A stretch of 64,000 nt of DNA. It comes from Azolla caroliniana (lineage: Eukaryota > Plantae > Polypodiophyta). A program made the position numbers and the translations under genes. This document shows positions 11,225 through 24,600 of the stretch, one piece after another. Position 1 is the first letter of the stretch. Each line of letters opens with the position of its first letter. A model generated the notes under the pieces. That model was not told the origin of the DNA and did not search any database. It was given only the letters and a program-made list of their open reading frames with translations. The DNA is taken from assembly GCA_043228905.1 (NCBI GenBank), contig JBHGNT010000007.1:16492001-16556000 (forward strand). The letters run 5' to 3'.

Positions 11225-13916
11225 TCACGATATACAGGTAAGGAAAACCATCACAGCATTCCATATATAATTTCTATGTATATATGGCTCTTTATGTGAA
11301 TTGAAGATGCAATGTGATATGATTTCAATCATTGTTTGAAGAATTTCTGTCTTGTTGCTTGAAGACGTGGTGTCAATGTGTTGTTGAAGTTGGAATTGTG
11401 GTGTCTGGTCACGTATGAAAATTTTCTTTGGTATAGTTGCTCTTATGCAAAGTCACCAACCAACAGAATCTTAACTCTGCATAGAATTCCTTTCTACCTT
11501 TGTTTTTATACTGTATGGCTCCGCATGCTGGTAGAGGATGTGGTTATTTCAAATGCACCTCATATTATTTGATCATGTGAATTGAAGATGTGATCTTTGA
11601 TTATATATATTATTTCTTGGTTCTTTGGTATTGAGTCAGTTTCTTGTATTATGGTTCTCACCAGTAGATGACACGCGCTACTCTATATTGTATTATTTTG
11701 TGCCTCTGGTGTAATATGTAGCTCATTATGCAAGTTGAAGATGTGGTTTGATTGTGCTTAATTCACCATAACACCAGAGTCCAAAGATTCTCTTGGGATG
11801 CTCATATTTATTGTGCTGAATGTAGGTCGTCAATTCATTATTGGTTACATTACCTTGAGCATTTTTTTTAAGATTCTTGTTCCATACTCAGATTTTTTGT
11901 ACGATATATACCTCATATGTGAACTGATGCCGTGATTTTGATTGTACATTAAGCCCCCTGCCATGGCTCATAGGCTAGTTCAATCACTGAAGCATAGCTT
12001 GTTTAACTCTATGAAGTAGTATTCTGTGAATTTGCTATACTGTACCTCATGATGTGTTTAGTTATATACTACATCATGTGATTTCAGAAGTGGTACTTGC
12101 CATATGTTAAAATGTTCTTCAGCATCTGGGAGTGGGTTTCACGATTCTAATATGCTGAGTTTCACTCTATGTAGTATAAGTTGCACCGTATCACACTATA
12201 TAGCTCCTAAACATGTGAACATTCTATTCAATTGCACTCTTGCAACGGTTCTTATGCTGCCAACTGAGCTGATACAACGCTTATCTTCGTGCAGTTGAAG
12301 AATCTGGGAGAGATGCTAAAGATGCATTGGAAAGGAAGACATGCTGTTGGCATTTCAAAGACTTTCTTGAGATTTTATGTTATGACCTTGCTCATGAAGT
12401 TCAAAGAAGTGTTCCAATTTGCATAGGTCTTGGAAGAAGCTGGTGTATACCTGTAGCCTCTGTGATGGTCATGGACTTATAAGTGCCTTGTATATGCAGC
12501 ATCATCCAGTGTCTTGTATATTTGTTCCTCTTCATGCTTTATATATAGGTTCTTCACATATTTGTTCATATGCCAAACTTAAATTGTAATGATACTTATG
12601 TGAGTGCATTATCCATGTTGCAATGAAATTTCAATAAAGGTTTATTATCTTCTGTCCATGTAAATGTTTTTTTGTCACACTTATCTTACAAAAGGTCTCC
12701 CATTGAAGAGCGTGTACTCATCTTTTGGCTATGCATTTCTTTTCTCTATCAAACTCATTTGACGTCTAATGACTTTGATTCACACATCTGATCACTTCAA
12801 CGCAACATTGAAAACATTACAAGATTGTGGGACACCTGTTATGAAGTAAGACTTCTAAGTTGGTTGGAAAGCTTGTAGTAAGAGCCACTATTTGTGCTAA
12901 TATAGTGGGTGATAGTTTTTAGGATTAGTGAATGATTAGGTACTACGGTATAAATGTGAAATGAGGTTTTGGTGAAGTATGTAACTGCACCCATACACTA
13001 GATGAGCTACCAATAGCCTTAATCACCCTTCAACCAATTACAATAGAAACCGCCACTGTGTAAAATTCTTAATTAATTGTTAAACTTTTGAGGATAAGTT
13101 AAAAATCAGATAACGAATTGCCTAGATCATGTCAAAGCCTTAATAGGGATTCTCCTCTTAATTTGTTGGCATGTTACTTATCAAGCTTATTAGTGGGTGT
13201 TGGCATCTATACTAAGTACACATAGTGAAGCTTATGTTTGCTACATATTGGTAGTTTAAGATGAAGGGAGTGTGGAGAAACGTGCGCCTACATGTAATAA
13301 ATATTGCCAAACTTTTTAGCCCATTTGGTATAGTATGATTGTGGAGTTTGCATCATGTATGTCTACTTGTTACACATACTTGCTCCATCCTAACAAAATG
13401 TAATAATGGTGAATATTTACAGGGTTGGTAGCTAGCATGTCAAAGTTGCACATAATCCCGAGCTTTGTTAGCACATACATACATGTAACAAATATCTTTA
13501 TTATCAATCAAGTCTTTGATGGTTTATTTGCAAGGTTACGGAGAGTTTTATCATAAAAAACAATTTAGATGTGACTAAATTCCTACATGTGAATGGACCC
13601 ATTTAGTCTTTAGGCAACCCCATGTATTCCCATGTATTTGAATACATGTTTTTTTGCTATTGCATGAAGACAGAAGTGTGCATACACATCAATCCTTGCT
13701 TCTCCATACCTATTTGACACCCTGCACTCACCTTTGACATTACCAAGTGGACATTATTCAAAGTGTTTGCAGGGCTCAAAGGTCCTAATATATACATATT
13801 TTCAGGAAAAAAACTAATGCCTATGGGCTCCAGCCAAATTCTGATATAATCACTCAGATCCAGTACATCCCTTTTTTACGTGCATATTTTCGACTCATAA
13901 ATTTGTTTCAAATTCT

Positions 13917-16900
13917 TTACCATTGTGCCCCACCCACCTGTCTACTCTTTGTCAAGTTCTTGTTCTTGGTATCTATATCTTTTGGACCTACACTTTTCAT
14001 ATAGTTGATTGGAGCTACTGGTATGTGAACCCACCATCTTTTGATCCGTCTTACATAGACTTTTGTGATCTCTTTGCGAAGTGGTAATTCTCTAGTGAAG
14101 ATTTCCCAAAAGAAGAACAGTAAAATACACTTTCCTGGAAGAAATGCTACTACACCAGCCAATATCATGAGAAATAATATAACTTGATCTGTGGCCTACC
14201 ATCCAGAAAGAATCAAACGAGTTATACGAATGAATATCTACTGAGAGTTGAACTTCAAAAGATGAGTTCACATTGGAAAGAAAGAAAAGCATGTCATATC
14301 ATATGCATATGTATATAATGTTTCGTCTACCTGTTTAGGATTATGCTTGCAGGGTAGGGATCGATTGGGGGCAGGGTGTTGAACTTCACATTCAATTTTG
14401 ATGATAAGAACTAGTAAAAAGGAAAGAGAAAACATCAGTATTTTACCTGGGGACACAAGGAGTAAAACAATCCATGAATTCGAAGGAGTCTGGTGTTGAT
14501 TGTCCTCAAAAGGTGTTCCAAAGTGTCTAGTGCTCTCTTAAGTTCTATGACCTCTCCCACATTGTCCATGCCAGGAGAAGAGATCCGAATTTCATCAGAT
14601 AATGAGCCCTCTCCATCTCGTTTAAAGAACACAAGGAATAGTGCAGCTCCCAGGAAGAACAAAACGAAAACATATCGGAGAAGGTCCCTGGAGAACGCAT
14701 TTTGTATAATCAAGATTATGCCATGTATATCATCACTACAAGATATATGGCCAACGTACCTCAGGATTATGAAGGATCCAAGCAAAATAATCAGGATTGT
14801 TCTCAAAGGATCATCCCATGACAATAAACAATTCATCCACATCATTGCAGGTTGAAGTGTATTCAGAAATGCCTTCATGATAGCTAAATTGATACTTAGA
14901 CGGTCGGCTTTTTCTCCAGGTATAACTATCTCTGAGCAATCCATTTGTGTGATTGCCTTACATGACTCTAAAGAAATGTTGTCGACATATTTGAGTTCAT
15001 CAGCGGAGAATTGGCCAACATGCAAATATAAATCATCCAGATTGTTTCCATTAGTGGAATTAGGTCTCTCGATGTCACATAAAACAGATACAGCTGATTC
15101 GATGCATGGAAACCTTCTTTGTCGATCTCCATCTGTCATAGGTTGTAATTCTCCTCGCCTTAATTTACTTCCAAGAAAGTTGAGAAGTACATATCCACAT
15201 GGTGACTCATGGGGTGTATAAAAACATAAGAGTGACTTCAGTTGTAAGGGATTTGCACAAAGAACTTCCCTAGTGGTTTTGAAGCGCATGATACCAAGAA
15301 TACTTCTCGATATAGCTTCAATCTGACCAGGACCTTCAAGGCAATTCTCTCTTATGAATCTGTGAGTACACTTGATCTCCTCAATGATGGTCAACCAATA
15401 GTCACGCCGTGAGCAACCTAAGAACTCTGGGAACTCTATGATAATTTGTGGACTACTGCAAATGTAAGCTGTTTGTTATTTACAGATTTTTAAAGGAAAC
15501 AAAACTCTTAATTACATGCTGATATGTGCCATGAATAAGAGTTGGTGATGTCAGCACTTACGTTGACTCAGAGCTATAGGCGATAGCCCTGTTAAAGATA
15601 GGGAACCCAAATGGACCATTCCCACATGGTTTCATTTCTTCTTGCACAGCATTTGCCAGATCAAACTTGTGGGAATACGCAGCCGATTCAAAGTACAGGG
15701 AATAGTCTGTCAATATAAGCCTACCTGAAGAAATTCATAGAGGCCATTACCTGAAGAAATTCAATCATTGAAAGGGTATGAGAGCCTACGTTGAGAGCAT
15801 AAAGATGAATCTTTTGGCTTACCACGAAACAGGGAGGGTCCAAGATGTAGAATTACAGGCTCAGTTCTATTGAAGCCATCCATTTCAAGGATGATCTCTC
15901 CCATCAAAGAAGGGCATCTGTTCAACGCTTGCTGAAGCTTAAGACTGTCAAGAACTCTAAAACATGACAAGAATTTAGTAAAATGGCCGCTGCTTGTCAT
16001 GAGAAGATTATTTTTCAAACCATGGGTGACTATGCAATGCTAGCTAAAGCTTAAGACTGTCAAGAACTCTAAAAAAATTTAATAAAATGGCTGCTGCTTG
16101 TCATGAGAAGAAAAGTTTTAACCACATGTGCACTTCCTCATTCTTGAGTGGCAATGTATGTGTAGTGGTATCTATGTCCTGTGTAACTAGTTTTTCAACG
16201 CCAAAATCTATTTAAAGTTTACAAAAGTTAAAATCTCATAATATTGATTTAAATTGGCAAAGCAGTAAGCACAGTATAAGAAGATGAATCTTCATTTCAC
16301 TTCCAACGCGGTGGAAACTTGAAAACCAATGTTCATTTACACCATTGTGAATGCCTAGAAGGTGCAGGTATTCCTGTTTCCATACCTATCTATTTAGATG
16401 GCCATTAATAGAATAGTCACGTTGCAAGAATAACTCATCTCCAATAATAGCCACATAAACGGGGTGGAGAGAAGCCTCAAAAATGCATTAAAAGGATTCA
16501 ACCAACAAAGGCTTACTTAGCAAGTTCTTTCAATTTATTTTTAATTCTTTGTCCAAGGAAAAGACCCCTACTTGTCCAGTTCAATCAGGTAGTTGTTGTA
16601 GACATCAAATGTCAAGCGGCCTCCAGTTGAAAGAGCAAGCGCATCAAACTGAGAATGTACATTTATCGGGTCCGCCACACCTGGCATTGCCGAAGCGATA
16701 CGAACAAATGCTGGTTTCCCTACTGTGCTCTTCAGTGTAACCTATCACAAAAGACAAAGCAGTTAAATGATGTATGTTTTCTTGTCCAATCCAGAACACT
16801 GATGAGTCCAACCAAGAGCGGCATCAATGCAGAATAGGAAAGGCCGTCGCTCTCTTTCCATTTGTTTTCCTTGCTAGTTTCATGATTCTAGAAAGAAAAA

Positions 16901-18166
16901 AACAGCATTAAAATCAGCAGCATCCACAAACCTGGTAGGCTAACAATACATTCACGAAAAAAACACAAGAACAGATAAAAATGATTTTACCTATATGGTA
17001 ATTCTCTCTCACACACACTCACAATGATATGGAAGATTTGGGCTCGTTTTTCATTAGAGACTGATTACTCATCTGTTATATTTGCTGAAGCTTTTCATTG
17101 TATTCCAGTTTAGAGAATTCCAACATGAGCTATTAAAAGCTTCCAATCTTTTGAGTTTGTGCTATTCATTAGGATTTTACAAATACACTTGGTACATGCT
17201 TTAATACGTTTGGCCACAGTGGATTCCAAAGCACACCAATTAGGACAGTACCACATTAGAACTGATGACAGACATTCTTGCATAAAATTTACCGCAAATG
17301 GAAAAAATGCTCAGGACCAGTAATGAAAAGCATGGCCAACTCTATAACCTGGTACTTGCAGCACTCAATGGAACAGACATTTTGATTTTGAGGAGGCTAA
17401 TTAACCAACCTTGCCATCCCAAAAATGGTATAGAATTTTTATCATTTTGTGTTTCAAAGAGACAAAATATTAACACTACAAGGCATATATCTAGAACATG
17501 TAAACTAATCAATCAATGTGGGGATTTTTTTAACATTTTATGGTATTACAAAAGGTAGGTATAGCTAGCTATATTACCTTGAGACTTACTGCTGCAGAAT
17601 CGGGCATCTCCCATGCAAGCATCATGTCAAAACTCAGCCGTCGGAAATGCTTATCTTTCAAATACCCTGTCTTCTTTTGTGCCACAGCAAGGGTTTCAAA
17701 ACAGCAATACTCCAGTAAACCGGAGGCATAATCCTTGCAAGAATCTCTTGCCGACAAGGACAAGGCGCTTTTCTCGAACTTTCTCTGCATATCATCAACA
17801 GAGGACGAGAGGATTCTGAATAAGAAACACAAAAGTTGGGGATTAGGTAAAGACAAGGAATCACAATGCAGATAGGTTTGGTAAACAGAGTTCCTTCTTC
17901 ATTTTCTTGTGTGTGTGTGTGTGTGTGTGTCTTAGATGCAAATAAGAAGAATGGAGGTTTCAAAAACTGAACATGCATGCACAAAAGACAGAACTAATAG
18001 ATTTTAGGGGAAAAAGGGACCTGGCACAGCGCATCAGCACCAGGTTGGAAAGAGAGGAGAGCTGGGGAAGCCATTTCCTCTTCCTCCTCCTCCTCGTCCT
18101 TCTTGAAGAAGAAGAAGAAGTCTTCTGATGATCATGGGCTACATGATGCATCATCTCCTCCATCAC
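13917..18166 (-). CDS. Plant DUF639-family protein with C-terminal hydrophobic segments, multi-exon
   Basis: Approximate exons: 18166-18021, 17815-17578, ~16887-16813, 16741-16572, ~15957-15824, ~15725-15561, ~15458-14760, ~14688-14447, 14195-13917. Motifs include LSSLSNLVLMRCARIL, LLEYCCFETL, FRRLSFDMMLAWEMP, TVGKPAFVRIASAMPG, RRDYWLTIIEEI and FTRELPLRK...RRIKRWWVHIPVAP. Some internal exon limits are uncertain. Confidence 0.85.
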
Positions 18167-18256
18167 TCTGCATAGAAGCTATTCCTTCATTCTCAACATA
18201 CTCCCCTCCCCTGCTGTTGGCTAAGAAGATTTCTGAGAAGAAGACATGTTAACACA

Positions 18257-18432
18257 CTCTCTCTCTTCTCTCTCTCTCTCTCTCACTCTCTCTCTCACTC
18301 TCTCTCTTCTCTCTGCATCTCTGCACGTACGTACGTACGTATGTACGTACAACCGTATGTACGTATATTATAGATGTATGTATGTATGTATATATGTATA
18401 TATGTATGTATGTATGTATGTATATATGTATA
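18257..18432. repeat. (CT)n and (TATG/TACG)n microsatellites just upstream of the DUF639 start
   Basis: Direct reading of the sequence. Confidence 0.8.
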
Positions 18433-19299
18433 TCACCTGTTTTATGTATACATAAATATATGCCAAGTAAAAGAAAAATGCACGCAATCGATCATCTCGT
18501 GTAGCAGCAAGCATCGGTTTGAATGTGGGCGACGAATATATCTACATGTTACCATATTTATGCCCTCGAAAGGCAAATAGTTTACGAGGATCTCCATAAT
18601 TCTCTACTACATTTTAAGGATCTCGAGGTAGCTTTCTTCGATTGTTTCATGCTAGCAGCCACTATTGCTCGAATAACTGGGGAGATGCTTGAGTTTTCGC
18701 AACTTTATGAGTCTCTTGTCTTTATATGTTTCTATGCAATATGTGCCACTACTCATGCACATATACATACACTCACTCCCACACATCCATATAGATATTG
18801 ATACATATACAATTGGTTTTGGTGATAGTTATTAGTGACATTGTTGTTTTCACAATTTGGTTATAACAATGATTTTATTATTTCTAGCCATCATAAAGCC
18901 GCTTACGGGACTTATCATGCAACTTTTTTAAATATAGGCTTCTTTTTTAAGTGCACGTCACTGTCACTGGCCAATGTGCACTACATGTGCTTTCAACATT
19001 TTGTTTTAGTATACAAAAGGGTATATTCTTTATAGATGATTGATTGCGTAGCTAGTGATATTTCATCATTACATAAATTGTTCATAACTTTATTCGATCT
19101 ATTAAGTCTCGTATAATTGGAGTAAATCTACCTGATCTAAGAACTTTACCAAAACATCAACTAACCCATGTTTGCTTGTGGATTTGTAGAGAATATTTAT
19201 TGCCAAGAGGATTAAAGATAACTTTGAGGCAGAACCTCTTAAATTTCTACATGCTTGAGTTCTTTGCTAGCTCTTAAATGTTACATGTAGATTATGAAG

Positions 19300-20900
19300 A
19301 CCTTTGGGTGAATGCATCAAAGTTTAAATTTCTTAATTAACCATTAGAAAATAAATGGTGAACACATTCTCTTTCCTAGTTAGCACTATCTCTTGCCCAA
19401 TGCACTGCCACAACATAGTGTAGTTGTCCCTCGTCCTTGACATTCTAGAAGCTATAATAATGTTTGTGATATTTTAGGTGATAGTAATCTTCTTTGTATT
19501 TACAAAACTGGATTAATAAGGGCACTTCGAATGTTTCACAAAATGGAAGGGTATATCTTATATCTTCTCACATCCTTATCACAATGTGATGACATGTACT
19601 CATTTTTTAGGAATACTTATATATTAATTGTTGAAAACCTCAAAAAGAAGAGGTATTCAAAGTGTCGATAAGTCATTATAGTGCTCATAAGCACTTTAAA
19701 TAAACAAAATAAGTCTGAAGTGGGATGTCCCTAAGTTATAAACAATCAAACAGAGAATCTTTAAGGGATTACCGAAAGAAGCTAACTTTCAACAATTGGT
19801 TTTTGACTAAAGACCTTGAGTGCACACCATTTATCAGGCTATGTAGAATCTATCCGAATAGCAAAAGGTATTTCTAAAGCCTTTGCCCAAGAAATTGAAG
19901 TAAAAGAGATGCATGTATTCCTTGTATAAGTGCTTTGGTGAGTGTATGGGCCCATAATAGGCATATGATTGTCTCCAAGTCTCCACCACATTGTGCACAA
20001 CGCAACAAAATTAGGTTTCTTTTTGAGGATTCAACCTAGTAGGAGGCATGCCCAAATAGCATCTCCATATGAATACCCTTTGTTTGAGGGGTGGATGACC
20101 AAAGCTCTGTAACCAAGTAAGCACGCTTTTCACCAACGTTGTGATTTGTATTAGTGCCACAAAGCATTCTCGTGTTCTTGAAACCACGAGGAGGGTTATA
20201 ACAACCCATACACTCCTTGTGTTTTGATATTTTCCATTGGAATAAAAATATTTCCTATGCACAACATCCAATCATGAAGTCTATAATCATCGTCTAGAGG
20301 GGGCGCAAGTATTAACGACGAAGTTTGACACTTTACTTCGTATGGATCAATGATGCAATTCATAACTATAGTGAGATGCCATGTCATTGAATCTAAATAA
20401 ATGATCTTGATCATTTACGACAAATTTAATATGCTTCATCCCATTCTTTGCCAATAAAAAAAGCTTGCACATGTGCTTCGACCATGATGGTGGAAATATA
20501 ACATTCCAATGTAAGACTTCTAAATGTAAAGGGCTGCCTGATTCAAAGCTTCTTCCTCTCCATTTTATTGCATTAGTTCATGTTTGTTTGGAATTGGAAC
20601 TAAATGGACATCCTTCAATATATGTCAAACCAAACTTTCCAAACACTACACCCTCGTGGTTAGTACCCCCTAACTTGCTTTTGAAATTGGTAAACGTACA
20701 TACGACTCACCACAATGCCTATCACACAAAAATTGGCAATGTCGTTGCCTTCATAGCCAACATATGTGAAATTAAGGATGTTTCACCCTCCCCACTTCTA
20801 TAGTGTACATAAATTTTCTTTTGATAGAAGTTTTACACCTATGCACAACTCTTTAGAGCACCGGAAAGTGTCTTATGACATTTGAGTTAATATTTTGTAT
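19300..20900 (-). mobile_element. Highly degraded Copia-like relic (tentative)
   Basis: The minus strand near 19860-19930 reads SWAKALEIPFAIR, resembling the integrase motif FWAEAVxTAxYIxNR. There is no intact ORF and the limits are approximate. Confidence 0.25.
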
Positions 20901-21136
20901 CATTAGTTTGGGTCAATAAATCACGATAAAGTAATACTACATGTAAGCCATGATTATTGAGTGAACCATCCTCACTATAATAGGGAATGACCATGTTGTA
21001 ATATTCCTTCATGTTGTAATAGTTAGGGCAATAGTTTTGGGGGTTATCCATCCTAAGCACACTCTCATTGATCTTCGTTCCACCTTTGGCGAAGCAACAA
21101 GATGTCAAGGAATAGGGTTTCAATGAAATCCAATTG

Positions 21137-21545
21137 GACCTCAAATGCTTCATTCATGGAACTTAATTTCAATTCGAGATTGAGGAGGAGATAGACATGT
21201 TTCGACGAGCAAGCAACTTAGGGAGCCAGGCCAGACACAACCATTCGAGACACTAGTGAAGTCACCGAGTGAATGAAGGCCTCAAGAGGACATATATGTA
21301 AAGAAGCAAGAACAAAAACGACGAAGTCGAATCGAACCTCGAATGCTTCATTCATGGAGCTTAATTTCAATTCGAGACTGAGGAGGATACAAAGCATGTT
21401 TCGATGAGCGAGCGACTCAGGGAGCAAGGCCAGGCCCAGAGGCATTCAAGACTATGTATAGTGAAGAAGTTAGTGTTAGTGTGAGTGAATGAAGACCTCA
21501 AGAGGACATATATGTAAAAAACAAGAACAAACAAAGAAGAAAAGT
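21137..21545 (+). repeat. Tandem duplication of a ~200-bp unit upstream of the coiled-coil gene
   Basis: ACCTC(A/G)AATGCTTCATTCATGGA(A/G)CTTAATTTCAATTCGAGA and GAGTGAATGAAG(G/A)CCTCAAGAGGACATATATGTAAA each occur twice, ~200 bp apart. Confidence 0.85.
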
Positions 21546-21680
21546 AAAACAGAGTAAGCAGAGAGAGAGAGAGAGAGCTGTCTCTGTTCTTCTTGGTGGG
21601 CGATTTTCAAAAAGCAAATATACAGTTGAGGCAAAAGGGGAAATCCAAAGGTTTCTTGAGAGCGAGCAAGAAGACAGCAC

Positions 21681-24600
21681 ATGGCGCCGCCTCCACAGAA
21701 TCAGCAGCCATTGCACTGCGTTGGATCGAGCTATGCTCCTTCTTCTTCTTCTTCGTCATCGTCATCATCATCATCATCATCATCGTCATTCATGGCTTCT
21801 GCTCCTTGCTCTTCGAGGATAAGCGATGAAGCCAGCTGGAATGCTCTCATGAAGGTGTGCCGCATCATCTCCCCTTCAATTTCTTTACCGTATCATATCT
21901 CTCTGATATCTCCTCCCAGTCCTGTATGCCATCAAAATCTGACAGAAGTAGAACCTATTCCTGAAACCTGCTTCTTCTTCAAATCACTAATCTAAGTTTG
22001 ATGCAGGGTCAAGAATCCAATTTTTCAATACTTCCTAATCCTTTTTTTTCTTTTGCAAATCCTCTTCCTGATTTCATGAAGATATCTACCTCTGCTTCAA
22101 TTCATGGAAATGGGCATTGCATGTAGACACATAATTTGAGCTGTAAGCACAAATAAAGAATGTCAATTTCTTAGATTTGCTAAGGGCCATGAATAGCTTC
22201 ATATAAGCAGTTTTAAAATGAGCATTCGATCGCACCACACTCATGAATCCCTCCGCTTGAAATGTTTGAAATAGACAAAGAGAACTCCTGGTTCAAATCC
22301 ATTGAGTACAAAGGAAATAATAAAAGTATTAATAAATATTAAGAGGGACAAAAACTAGACGTGAGAAGTTAGATTAAATTAATCTGAGCACTTGATGCTG
22401 TAGTGTATGCATCTGACTTCTTCTTCTTCTTCTTCTGTTGTGCATAACATAGGCTGCTGGTGAAGCCACAGTCACATTGAAGGAAACCATCAATAGCTTG
22501 AAGGATTGTGGAAATGTATCTGATCATAAGCAGGTTATACTTTTCTCTTAACTAAAATTTGATAAGATAACAATGTAGTATCTCCACTTGCAATTAGGTT
22601 TCAGTTGGGCCAGCCTAAAGGTATGTCTCAATATATCTTGGAAGAGTTTGGTCCCATTCTCTCGGATCATTATGAAAGCCTGATATAATAAACACATGGC
22701 ACACAGTCAAATTTTTTTGATGGAGCTATTTTTTTGAATGTGGATTATGTGGGCTTTTTATAGAATTCAGGCCACACAAGACAGATCCGGTCGCCTCCAA
22801 TGAAGGTGATAATCACAAGACTAACAAAAGTTTCTTCACAGCTAACATCTTTGCAAGATCAGGTATGACTATAATAATAGTTCAGAAGAAATGAATTAGA
22901 AATATTATAGCTATATGACATGGGCTCATGTTTTCCTTCTCATTCTCTTCACATCTCGAAAACAGTTGAAAAAGTGGATGCTGAAAATCACTTCTCATTT
23001 TTCCAGATAAGGGATTTAAAAGACAAGGCAATAGCTTTCGAGAAAAAAATGAAGAACCAAGAGGATTCTGTATGGTTTGATGTTGCTTTATAACTTGCAC
23101 GTACACAGAAAAACACATATATGCTAGTCATTTTTTCTTGTGATAGGAATTGATATCTTTTTTTTAAAAATCATTACATAAAAGAATGGCCCATTTATAT
23201 TAACTAACTGAACCTACTCGTGGAAGAATAGGCACCTCTTGATGTTATGAGAAAGGTGGATGATCTTGCATCAACAATGCAGGCAAGTTACATGCATTGA
23301 TGGTATAAATCATCAAGAATATGTATTAAATGTTTTAAGATTGACCCTAAACAAGTCATGGTTTGCTCACAGGAAGCACTTAAGAGATTGCAAGAGGATG
23401 AAGTTAGAAACAGGGTGATGGTTGGCAGTTCCAAAGATGCCAAAAAAGTGTCATTCAAATTTTCAAAGGTTAGAGATATCAAAATAATTTACAGTGCACA
23501 TGATTATTTATAAAGATTGTACATAACTGCAGCCACTGAATGTATGTATATGGTCACTCAATAGCGATGAGACTATGTAGATAATCTGAGAGCTTGATAG
23601 GATCTTAAAGCAAAATATTTTATGAAGAAATTATATCATTGAGAAATGATTTTAAGACGGAAACAAACAGGCGTATATTATGTTAACTGCCATTGCTTCT
23701 TAACGTAGGGCTGCATGGATGGAAATAACATCGTAAAATGTTTCTTTATCTTCTCTCTTTCGCTTCAACATTCTTCCCTAAATATCATCATAGGCGATTT
23801 ACTGCTTTACTGAACTACTGTACAACCGTGATTGTCATCGTTATTGTTTCATTGTAGATCTCCTCATCTGCTTTTTCTTTTCTTTTCTTTTTCCATTTCT
23901 AGCCTGCCAGCGCTAAAAGTTTTGAATTGGAGAAAGGCAAGATGGATATGATAAGAATGGCTGAAAATGAAGAACATATACGGTAATCTGGAATTTATTG
24001 CTGAAATCTGTCCTACTCATGTTAGAATATGAGCACTTCTCCAAAAGTATGTAGTATTAGCATAAGGTATACTCAATTTATAATACGTGCATTGTTGAAC
24101 TTTTACATTAATCGTTGTTCTCAGAACAGAGAACGAAAAACTGAAGAAAGAATTGGAAGTAGCTCTTTCTTCTTTGCAGACTGAGAGTTCAGCATTAGAA
24201 CAAGTTGAGCGCTATAAGGAAGTAATAATTCTACCTGCTAAAATTGATCAATACTGCATGCTCATTAATTTATAAGTACAACGATAGAAATCCATTAAAA
24301 TGTGAAGAACGATCATATTCTTTAATTATCAAGAACAAGAAAGCTGTGTTTATGTGCACTACCTTGTTGCTCTCCTCTTTCTATTCTGGTTTTGAATTAA
24401 CAAAGGAATCAATTTAAAACTTTCAGGTGATTGCACGAGTGACAGCTGACAATATGGTTTTCCTCATGAAGGTGTTATAATTGTACGCAGAATTACTTCT
24501 GTCTTAATTCTTACTTATATTAGAAATTAGAAACAGAGTGATTACTTCACATGCCAAAAATAAATCTTTAAGGGAGGAAGTAAATAAATAAAAATTCAAC

